Assembly (NCBI GenBank): GCA_028713575.1
Contig: JAQTOB010000012.1
Span: 1-15,658 of the forward strand
Source of the DNA: Patescibacteria group bacterium
Lineage (GTDB): Bacteria > Patescibacteriota > Patescibacteriia > UBA2591 > UBA6264
DNA length: 15,658 nucleotides
Direction: 5' to 3'
Positions 8,661 to 15,418 of the stretch are shown one piece after another (the first letter of the stretch is position 1; the number at the start of each line of letters is the position of its first letter). The position numbers and the translations under genes were made by a program. Below the pieces are notes generated by a model. It saw only the letters and a program-made list of their open reading frames with translations, had not been told where the DNA came from and ran no database searches.

Positions 8661-9374
8661 ATGGTTGAAGAAGAACAGAGGAATCAAGCCGACATAGAGC
8701 AGGAAAGAAAAAGGGCGCTTTATCAAGAACAAAGAAAAAATGCAGGCAAAAAGGAAGCAAAAACGAAAAAGGGACCCAAAAAACAAAGTTCTTTAAACCA
8801 AGAATCTTTGATTAACAGGCCGGAGAAAAAAAATAGTAAAACTGCGCCAAATGACGAGGAAAACGAGGAAGAGCAAGCAAGAGAACTGAGAAAAAAACAA
8901 GCAACAGAACGGTTAGAAAAATCTCAAGCATTGCTTAACAAAGATAAATCAGAGGGAGGCGGAAAAAGAAAAGCCATTAAAGACGCCATGTCGGCCATTA
9001 AAGAACAGGGTTCTGAAGAAGTTTTTAAACAAGCCTCCGGTTTTATTCATAATATTCTTTGGGGATCTCTTTTTACACCAAGCTTTCTCTTTAGTTTGGC
9101 GGGATTAAATATTTATTTTTTAGCTTCAGCAGGTCTTTTTGATAGTTTTATTCCTGAATTGTCTAAAAAAATATCTCCATTTGGACTTCTTATAAAATTG
9201 TTAGGTCGATTTGGCGGGATGATTTTAGGAACGCTTGTTTTGGGCCTTTTGGATTTAATCCTTCTTGCTTTGTTATTATTTATTTTTTTAATTATTTATT
9301 GGTTTATCCATCCCGGAGAATTGATTAAATTTTTGCCGGCTTGGGAAAAATTTGAAAATTTATTTAATTTATAA
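8661..9374 (+). CDS. Hypothetical membrane protein with a ~130-aa highly charged Lys/Glu-rich N-terminal region and a C-terminal cluster of hydrophobic helices
   Basis: The ORF starts 9 nt after the previous stop. The N-terminus reads EEEQRNQADIEQERKRALYQEQRKNAGKKEAKTKKGPKKQ.... The C-terminal hydrophobic segments are ILWGSLFTPSFLFSLAGLNIYFLASAGLF and GGMILGTLVLGLLDLILLALLLFIFLIIYWFI. I do not recognise a family. Confidence 0.6.
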   Translation: MVEEEQRNQADIEQERKRALYQEQRKNAGKKEAKTKKGPKKQSSLNQESLINRPEKKNSKTAPNDEENEEEQARELRKKQATERLEKSQALLNKDKSEGGGKRKAIKDAMSAIKEQGSEEVFKQASGFIHNILWGSLFTPSFLFSLAGLNIYFLASAGLFDSFIPELSKKISPFGLLIKLLGRFGGMILGTLVLGLLDLILLALLLFIFLIIYWFIHPGELIKFLPAWEKFENLFNL

Positions 9375-9384
9375 ATTTTGATTT

Positions 9385-10203
9385 ATGATAAAGAAAAGAT
9401 TATTAATTTTTATTTTAATTGTTTTGTTTTTTATAAATATTAAGTTTACAGAAGCCGCTGTCTATGAAACAGGGTCTTCTGTAGAATTCACTCCCCAGGT
9501 AAGTATTGGGACGGAAATAGAGGCTGGTAAATCAATGGAAATTAGCGGAACGAGCATTGCTAAATATGTCGTTGCTATTTATAACTGGGCTTTGTCTGTT
9601 ATTGTTATTTTGGCCATTGTAATGATTATGGTAGCTGGGGTTCGTTGGATGATGGCTGCCGGCAATGCCTCAATTGTGGGACAAGCCAGGGACCAGATAA
9701 TATCTTCCTTAATAGGATTATTGATTGCCATTGGTTCTTACGCCCTGCTTAATTTTATTAATCCCGCCTTGGTGAGAATGAGGGAAATAGATCCCGGGGG
9801 GATAAAGAATATTAATATTGAGTTCAGAAAATGTGCTGATAATGAAGCATGTGTTTATGATGGTAAAATGAATGATAATTACGATTGTGTCTGTAAGCCA
9901 ACAACGAGAATCTACTTCAATCCGGGGGCGGGTGCAATAGGTCAAGGACTTAGAAAAATTTTAGGATTTAAGACCACAAAAGTAACCACTACTTTTAAGT
10001 CCGACAAGGAGTGCGGTCAGATTGGGTTTTGTGATGGTTGCGGGGGAGTTACAATGGGCGTTAAATGTCTTTATGGCGGTGATTGCGTAGTCAATGATTC
10101 TTTTTACACAGAGGATAATCCTTTAGATGTAAGCGCCATAACCCGAGAGAGTTTTTATAATCCTTCAGCTGCGTATTGCGCTGACCCATCTTTGACCCGT
10201 TAA
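9385..10203 (+). CDS. Secreted T4SS pilin-like protein (VirB2/TrbC-like two-helix hairpin of the type common in CPR genomes) fused to a Cys-rich C-terminal domain
   Basis: The signal peptide MIKKRLLIFILIVLFFINIKFTEA/AVYE is followed by two hydrophobic helices flanking a short polar loop: YNWALSVIVILAIVMIMVAGVRWMMAAGNASIVGQARDQIISSLIGLLIAIGSYALLNFINP. This is the VirB2/T4SS_pilin signature. The last ~125 aa (nt 9832-10200) contain 10 cysteines, whereas the first 149 aa contain none. Confidence 0.7.
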   Translation: MIKKRLLIFILIVLFFINIKFTEAAVYETGSSVEFTPQVSIGTEIEAGKSMEISGTSIAKYVVAIYNWALSVIVILAIVMIMVAGVRWMMAAGNASIVGQARDQIISSLIGLLIAIGSYALLNFINPALVRMREIDPGGIKNINIEFRKCADNEACVYDGKMNDNYDCVCKPTTRIYFNPGAGAIGQGLRKILGFKTTKVTTTFKSDKECGQIGFCDGCGGVTMGVKCLYGGDCVVNDSFYTEDNPLDVSAITRESFYNPSAAYCADPSLTR

Positions 10204-10205
10204 TG

Positions 10206-10241
10206 TGATTGGGCCTGGGGTCTTGATTGGGCCTGGGGTCT
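10206..10241. repeat. Perfect tandem duplication of the GC-rich 18-mer TGATTGGGCCTGGGGTCT. It runs into the palindrome GGGGTC-T-GACCCC (10235-10247).
   Basis: I read this directly: 10206-10223 is identical to 10224-10241. It starts 3 nt after the pilin stop codon, and its G+C content is far above the surrounding AT-rich intergenic DNA. It may act as a terminator or a protein-binding site. Confidence 0.85.
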
Positions 10242-10358
10242 GACCCCCTAAATAGACCTTCTAAAACCCTTGTCAATAAAGGTTTATAGAGCGAAAATTC
10301 CAATTTGGTGTGATTTTGAATGATTTTTAAAAATTTAAAAATTTATAACTAACATCTT

Positions 10359-11645
10359 ATGTCGGAAAAAACAAAAAAAATATTAATTATTATTTTATTT
10401 ATAATTATTGTTATTGGATTGGCCTTGCTTTTATATTTTGTTCTATTTAAAGAAGCGGCACCAGTTGAGACGGTGATTGAGCCAGAAGAAGAAGAAGTCG
10501 TTCCTCGTTTGCCCACAACCAGAGAATCCTGGGAAAGTATGACCATTTCTGAAAGAATTCAGTATGGTTTACCGGCACTTGAATGGCCATCAGAAGAAAT
10601 TGAAGAGATTGTTGAGCCAATTTCAATAATTGTGCCTGAAATTGACGACGTGGCAGATGGAGGGAGGACCTGGGTTACACCGATTTCTGATGACCCGGTA
10701 AAAGGAGCAACATTATCCGCCGATGGCGAGAAAAGTATTTATTATAATTCTGAAACAGGACAATTTTTTTCTACTGATAATTTTAGCAATAAAGAGTTAT
10801 TGACCGAACAAATTTTTTATAATGTTGAAAAAATAAACTGGGCGCCGACAAAAAATAAGGCAATTATTGAATATCCTGACGGATTTAAGATAATCTATGA
10901 TTTTGACACCGAAACACAATATACTTTGCCAAAAAATTGGGAGGAATTTGACTGGAATTTTTCCGGCAGCCAAATAGCCTTTAAGTCGCTTAGTAATTAT
11001 CCGGAGAATAGCTGGTTGGCAATTGCTCAGGCTGACGGTAGCCAGCCCAAACCCATAGAGCACATGGGAGAAAATGCGGACAAGGTGGTGGTTTCTTGGT
11101 CTCCAAACAATCAAGTCGTTGCCTTTTCTTCTACGGGCGAGGCCAGGGGCGTTTGGGAACAAGAAATACTTTTAATTGGACAACATCAAGAGAACAATAA
11201 ATCATTAATTGTTGACGGTCGCGGTTTTGAACCAAAATGGTCGCCCAAGGGGGATAAAATTATTTATAGTATTTACTCTTCTGAGACAAATTATCGGCCC
11301 CAGCTTTATTTAGTAGATGCTCAGGGTAATCAAATCGGACAGAATAAAAAATCATTAAAATTAACCACTTGGGCTCATAAATGTACTTTTAATAAAGACG
11401 CGACCACTATTTATTGCGCCGTCCCTAAGAATTTGCCAGAAGGCGCGGGTTTAGTTTTAGAATTAGCAGAAGATTCTCGCGATGATTTTTACAAAATAGA
11501 TGTGGCAACTGGCATGGTTTCTTTTTTGGCCGAAGACGCCACTGGCGGTTATGATGTGGAAAATGTTTATTTGTCCGAAGACGAAGATTATCTCTATTTT
11601 GTTGATAAAAATACGGAACGGTTGAGATTTATTCAGCTTAAGTAA
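10359..11645 (+). CDS. Membrane-anchored TolB-like / PD40 beta-propeller repeat protein
   Basis: The N-terminal TM segment is ILIIILFIIIVIGLALLLYFVLF. PD40-like repeat signatures recur: INWAPTKNKAIIEY, FSGSQIAFKS, VSWSPNNQVVAFSS, PKWSPKGDKIIYSI. Confidence 0.65.
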   Translation: MSEKTKKILIIILFIIIVIGLALLLYFVLFKEAAPVETVIEPEEEEVVPRLPTTRESWESMTISERIQYGLPALEWPSEEIEEIVEPISIIVPEIDDVADGGRTWVTPISDDPVKGATLSADGEKSIYYNSETGQFFSTDNFSNKELLTEQIFYNVEKINWAPTKNKAIIEYPDGFKIIYDFDTETQYTLPKNWEEFDWNFSGSQIAFKSLSNYPENSWLAIAQADGSQPKPIEHMGENADKVVVSWSPNNQVVAFSSTGEARGVWEQEILLIGQHQENNKSLIVDGRGFEPKWSPKGDKIIYSIYSSETNYRPQLYLVDAQGNQIGQNKKSLKLTTWAHKCTFNKDATTIYCAVPKNLPEGAGLVLELAEDSRDDFYKIDVATGMVSFLAEDATGGYDVENVYLSEDEDYLYFVDKNTERLRFIQLK

Positions 11646-11661
11646 AAGTTTGAAATTTCTA

Positions 11662-11764
11662 ATTAATCTAATTATTCTAATAAATGCCCAATATTCAATT
11701 TTAATGTCTAAATTAATTAATAGGGCTCTGTTAGGTCAATTAGAAATTAGTCAATTAGATTAAT
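11662..11764. promoter_or_regulatory. AT-rich repeat architecture upstream of radA. A 12-nt perfect inverted repeat ATTAATCTAATT (11662-11673) / AATTAGATTAAT (11753-11764) is accompanied by the direct repeat GTCAATTAGA (11735-11744 and 11750-11759).
   Basis: I read this directly from the sequence. The right arm ends 6 nt before the radA ATG. A role as an operator or promoter element is speculative because the region is low-complexity and AT-rich. Confidence 0.25.
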
Positions 11765-11770
11765 TTTTTT

Positions 11771-13078
11771 ATGTCTATTTTTGTTTGTTCAAAATGTGAT
11801 GCTCAATTTCCCAAATGGCTTGGTCAATGTTCGCAATGCGGAGCATGGGGAACAATTATGGAAAAGGGGGAAGAATCAACAGAAATAAAGAATTTTAACA
11901 ATCAAGTTATAGATTTTAATCAGATCAATCAAGAAAAGTTTTTTAAAATAAAAACAGGTTTAAATGAAGTTGATAGGGTTTTGGGGGGCGGAATTGTTTT
12001 TGAGTCATTAATTTTGTTGGGGGGACAGCCGGGGATTGGCAAATCAACATTAGTTTTACAAATTGCAGATAAATCGGCCAATCATCCGGTTTTTTATGTA
12101 AGCGGGGAGGAGTCGGCTCAACAAGTGAAGACGAGAATGGATAGACTCAACATTTCTTCTAATAATTGGAAATTTCTTGGCGAGTCGGACATTAATGTAA
12201 TAATTGCCAGCTTAAAAAGATTTAAGCCCAAGGTTATAATTATAGATTCAATTCAAACTATGGTTTTTCCCGAAATTGCCTCTGAAGCCGGAAATATTAA
12301 TCAAGTGAGAGCCTGTACGTCAAAATTAAGAGAAATAGCCCAAGAATTAAAAGCAGTAGTTTTTATTATTGGTCACGTTACTAAGGAGGGGGTAATGGCC
12401 GGGCCAAAAACGCTTGAACATTTGGTTGACATTGTTTTGTATTTAGAAGGAGACCCCAGTCATCGTTTTCGCTTTCTTCGCGCAGGAAAAAATAGATTTG
12501 GGTCAACAAACGAAGTTGGGGTTTTTGATATGGGTCAGACAGGTTTAATGGAAGTAGTTAATCCTTCGGAGATTTTTTTAGCTAACCGAAACGCGGAAAT
12601 TAGCGGGTCTGTGGTTGTGCCAGTAGTGGAAGGAAGTCGTTCTTTTTTGGTTGAAGTTCAGGCTTTAGTTTCTCGGACTTCTTTTGGTTATCCACAAAGA
12701 AAATCAACAGGTTTTGATTTAAATAGATTGGGGCTTTTAATTGCCGTTTTAATTAAGCGTTGTAATTTTAATTTAGCTAATCAGGATATTCATATAAACA
12801 TTGTTGGTGGTTTGCAGGTTCGTGAGCCAGCCGTTGATTTAGGCGTTGGACTAGCCATTGCTTCCGCCTTTAAAAATAGTCCGATTAATCCGGAAATTGC
12901 TGTTTTTGGAGAAGTTGGTTTAGGAGGAGAAATTAGAGGCGTTAAAGCTACAGAAAAAAGAATTAAAGAAGCTTTTAAATTGGGATTTAAAAAAATTATT
13001 TCTCCGGTTGGAGATTTTGCGGAAACAAAAATCATTCAAGTTAAAAATTTGAATGAAGCTATAGCTCAACTTTGTTGA
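11771..13078 (+). CDS. radA: DNA repair protein RadA/Sms
   Basis: The N-terminal zinc finger is CSKCDAQFPKWLGQCSQCGAWGT (C-x2-C-x10-C-x2-C). The Walker A motif is GGQPGIGKST. The RadA-specific motif KNRFGSTNEVGVFDM is present. The C-terminal Lon-protease-like domain reads INIVGGLQVREPAVDLGVGLAIASAF...EVGLGGEIRGV. Confidence 0.95.
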   Translation: MSIFVCSKCDAQFPKWLGQCSQCGAWGTIMEKGEESTEIKNFNNQVIDFNQINQEKFFKIKTGLNEVDRVLGGGIVFESLILLGGQPGIGKSTLVLQIADKSANHPVFYVSGEESAQQVKTRMDRLNISSNNWKFLGESDINVIIASLKRFKPKVIIIDSIQTMVFPEIASEAGNINQVRACTSKLREIAQELKAVVFIIGHVTKEGVMAGPKTLEHLVDIVLYLEGDPSHRFRFLRAGKNRFGSTNEVGVFDMGQTGLMEVVNPSEIFLANRNAEISGSVVVPVVEGSRSFLVEVQALVSRTSFGYPQRKSTGFDLNRLGLLIAVLIKRCNFNLANQDIHINIVGGLQVREPAVDLGVGLAIASAFKNSPINPEIAVFGEVGLGGEIRGVKATEKRIKEAFKLGFKKIISPVGDFAETKIIQVKNLNEAIAQLC

Positions 13079-13182
13079 TATGGCAAAATTGAACAATTTT
13101 CAAGTATTAAATTACAAATTTAAAACAGTTTTTATCTCAGAATTTTAGATTTTGATATTGTTTATGATTTATGATTTAGGAT

Positions 13183-15267
13183 TTATTCCAGATGAGTTGT
13201 TCGGATAGACTCATTTATTTTTTTTATCAAAAGAGGATAATTTTTAAAATCAGAAGCATTTTTGAATAAGTTTTTAGCAGTTTCGCGCGTTTCTTTAATA
13301 ATTTGTATATCAGAGAGTTTGGCAATTTTTAGGTCATTGGAGAACCCTGATTGTTCCGTGCCAAAAATTTCTCCCGGTCCACGAAGTTCTAAGTCTTTTT
13401 CCGCCAACTCAAAACCATTTTTTGCCTGAATTAAAAATTGAAGTCTTTTTTTTGTTTTTTCTGCTTGAGCAGATAGGTCTCCTTCATTTTCTAAGAATAG
13501 AAAACAATATGACTGGAAGGAACTTCTGCCGATGCGTCCGCGTAGTTGATAAAGTTGAGCCAGCCCGAAACGTTCCGCTCCTTCAATTATCATAATTGAG
13601 GCGTTGGGAACGTCAATTCCCACTTCAACTACGGTGGTGGAAATTAAAATATTAATTTTATTTTCTGAAAAATCTTTCATGATTTTTTCTTTTTGTTCTG
13701 ATTTTAGCCTGCCGTGTAATAAGCCGATTTTAAGGTCGGGGAAAATTTCTTCAGATATTTTTTTATATTCTTCTTTTACTGATTTAACTCCCAGTTTATC
13801 AGAAGGGTCAATTAGTGGGCAAGTGATAAAAGCTTGTCGGCCATTTTTTATTTCCAGTTTAGTAAATTTATAAATGTTTTTTATCTCTTTTGGTTTGATA
13901 ATTTTTGTAATAATTGGTTTTCTTCCCGGCGGAATTTGAGAAATGATAGAAATATCCAAATCTCCATAAAGCGTTAAAGCCACGGAACGAGGAATGGGGG
14001 TGGCCGTCATAGAAAGAAAATGAGGAGAATGGTTAGACGATTGTCTTGTTAATAAAGCGCGTTGATTTACGCCAAAACGATGTTGTTCGTCGGTAATTGC
14101 TAAAACTAAATTTTTAAATTTGGTTTTTTCTTGAATTAATGAGTGCGTGCCAATAATAAAATTTATTTCTCCAACAGAGAGCATTTTCAGTAATTTTTGT
14201 TTTGTCGTTTCCTCTTTATTTGTTTTAATTTTTCCTCTGGTTAAAAGCGCGATTTTAAATGGATATTTTTTAAATAATTTAGAGATGTTCTTAAAATGTT
14301 GTTCAGCCAAGATTTCCGTGGGGGCCATATAAGCGACTTGGTGGCCGGCCAGCAGAACATTAAGAATAGCAATAGCGGCAACAATGGTTTTTCCACTGCC
14401 CACATCGCCTTCTAAAAGGCGATTCATTGGCGTTTCTTTTTCTAAATCTTTTACAATTTCCCACGTCGCTTTTCTTTGCGAATCGGTTAATTTAAACGGA
14501 AGAGACTGAATGAAACTTTTTATTTTATCAGTTTTAAGGTTAATTTTTATTGCTTTCTGGCTTTTTATTTTTTGTTTGATTAATTGATTTCTCATTTGAA
14601 TTAAGAACAATTCGTTAAATTTTAGGCGGCGAGATGCTTTTTCTAACCATTTTTTATTTTGAGGAAAATGGATTTGTTCCAAAGCAAAAGAAAGACTAAT
14701 TAATTCATATTTTGTCCGAATTTCTCTCGGCAACCAATCTTCCGCTTCCTGGGCCAATGGCAAGATTTGACGGACAAGAAAGCGAATTTGTTTTTGAGAT
14801 AGACGCGTTGTACTGGAATAGACGGGGACTAATCGTCCGGTATGAAGAGGACTTTGACGATAAATTTCATAAGAAGGATTGGTTAACTGGAGGCCATAAT
14901 ATTCGTCATGACTGATTTTTCCTGCCAAATATACTTCTTGGCCGGGTTTTAATATTTTGGCTAAAAATGACTGATTGAACCAAATTATTTTTAAAGAATC
15001 GGTTTGGTCAGAAACAATGGCTTCGGTGATGATAATTTTTTTTCTTGGAGAACGATGATTGGCAATCAAGTTTATTTTTGCTTTAATCGTTCCCGATTTT
15101 TTGCTTTTTAAGTCCTTTATCTTAAAAATTTCACTATAATCGTCATAGCGAAAAGGATAATGAAATAACAAATCGCCGGCGGTTTTAATCCCCAGTTTTT
15201 CCATTTGACGGGCGATTGATTTTCCCACTTTGGTTAGTTCAGTAATTGGCGTTTTTATGGTTATCAT
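13183..15267 (-). CDS. recG: ATP-dependent DNA helicase RecG
   Basis: An N-terminal wedge/OB region is followed by superfamily-2 helicase motifs: GDVGSGKT (motif I), DEQHRFGV (motif II), SMTATPIPRS (motif III) and QLRGRIGR (motif VI). The length (694 aa) and the C-terminal LRGPGEIFGTEQSG motif are typical of RecG. Confidence 0.95.
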   Translation of the reverse strand: MITIKTPITELTKVGKSIARQMEKLGIKTAGDLLFHYPFRYDDYSEIFKIKDLKSKKSGTIKAKINLIANHRSPRKKIIITEAIVSDQTDSLKIIWFNQSFLAKILKPGQEVYLAGKISHDEYYGLQLTNPSYEIYRQSPLHTGRLVPVYSSTTRLSQKQIRFLVRQILPLAQEAEDWLPREIRTKYELISLSFALEQIHFPQNKKWLEKASRRLKFNELFLIQMRNQLIKQKIKSQKAIKINLKTDKIKSFIQSLPFKLTDSQRKATWEIVKDLEKETPMNRLLEGDVGSGKTIVAAIAILNVLLAGHQVAYMAPTEILAEQHFKNISKLFKKYPFKIALLTRGKIKTNKEETTKQKLLKMLSVGEINFIIGTHSLIQEKTKFKNLVLAITDEQHRFGVNQRALLTRQSSNHSPHFLSMTATPIPRSVALTLYGDLDISIISQIPPGRKPIITKIIKPKEIKNIYKFTKLEIKNGRQAFITCPLIDPSDKLGVKSVKEEYKKISEEIFPDLKIGLLHGRLKSEQKEKIMKDFSENKINILISTTVVEVGIDVPNASIMIIEGAERFGLAQLYQLRGRIGRSSFQSYCFLFLENEGDLSAQAEKTKKRLQFLIQAKNGFELAEKDLELRGPGEIFGTEQSGFSNDLKIAKLSDIQIIKETRETAKNLFKNASDFKNYPLLIKKINESIRTTHLE

Positions 15268-15318
15268 AAGTTGTTTTATTATAACATTTTAACATTTTAA
15301 ATAATAAAAAAAAAGAGT

Positions 15319-15346
15319 TTGACTTTTTGGGGAAATAAAATATAAT
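15319..15346 (+). promoter_or_regulatory. Near-consensus sigma70-type promoter: TTGACT (15319-15324), 16-nt spacer, TATAAT (15341-15346)
   Basis: Both hexamers are read directly and match the consensus at 5/6 and 6/6 positions. The -10 element ends 19 nt upstream of the tRNA-like sequence. The promoter lies in the divergent intergenic region next to recG. Confidence 0.6.
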
Positions 15347-15365
15347 GTTAATAATGAGAACATTT

Positions 15366-15413
15366 GGAGAGGTGGCTGAGTCCTGCCTGCCGGTAGGCAG
15401 GGGTCGAAAGCGG
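15366..15413 (+). tRNA. tRNA-like 5' fragment (acceptor 5' strand plus D-arm of a class II, Ser-like tRNA) with a 20-nt hairpin inserted in the D-loop. It is incomplete within the window, so it is either interrupted or a pseudo-tRNA.
   Basis: GGAGAGGTGGCTGAGT (15366-15381) and GGTCGAAAGCGG (15402-15413) together match the start of bacterial tRNA-Ser-type genes. They are separated by the near-palindrome CCTGCCTGCCGGTAGGCAGG (15382-15401). No anticodon arm, T-arm (GGTTCGAATCC-like) or 3' acceptor strand (CCTCTCC) occurs between 15414 and 15658. Confidence 0.4.
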
Positions 15414-15418
15414 TCTAT

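Noticed and set aside
1-10203. Interpreting the block as a conjugative plasmid or ICE fragment
   Set aside because: No relaxase, coupling protein, integrase, replication or partition genes, or flanking att-like repeats are visible in the window, and the downstream neighbours are core chromosomal genes. The region upstream of base 1 is unseen, so this stays open and is stated as a refutation test.
10091-10303. A minus-strand 70-aa ORF containing DPRPNQDPRPNH
   Set aside because: The peptide repeat is just the translation of the 18-nt GC-rich tandem DNA repeat. The ORF overlaps the pilin 3' end and has no other coding support.
10261-10358. A sigma70 promoter for the TolB-like gene (TTGTCA at 10270-10275; TTGAAT at 10316-10321; TATAAC at 10344-10349)
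   Set aside because: The hexamer pairs have wrong spacing (9 or 22 nt), or they pair with a weak -10 (GAAAAT). No combination was convincing.
1235-10380. Homopolymeric A tracts inside coding regions as phase-variation switches: A7+A8 at 1235-1250, A9 at 4270-4278, and A8 at 7663-7670, 8115-8122, 8826-8833 and 10373-10380
   Set aside because: In an AT-rich genome encoding Lys-rich proteins, AAA-AAA runs are expected from composition. The tracts sit in all kinds of genes, including the essential ATPase core. Without population data there is no evidence of length variation, though it would be worth a look in strain-resolved reads.
13079-13182. A bidirectional terminator between the convergent radA and recG genes
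   Set aside because: Only short AT-rich pairings are present (for example TTGAA-CAATT-TTCAA near 13090), with no stable GC-rich stem or T-tract. I could not support a call.
5931-14915. Other embedded short ORFs (5931-6116, 7051-7392, 8595-8786, 9718-9945, 10349-10546, 10797-11162, 12790-13035, 13604-13873, 14147-14332, 14712-14915)
   Set aside because: They lie antisense to, or out of frame within, the VirB4, pilin, TolB-like, radA and recG genes, which have strong motif support. I treated them as spurious.
15268-15318. A recG promoter on the minus strand (TGTTATAAT extended -10 at 15278-15286, about 10 nt upstream of the recG ATG)
   Set aside because: TATAAT-like hexamers are frequent in this AT-rich spacer. 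The -35 position is poor (TATTAT), and the resulting leader would be only a few nucleotides. It is plausible but not strong enough to list as a feature.
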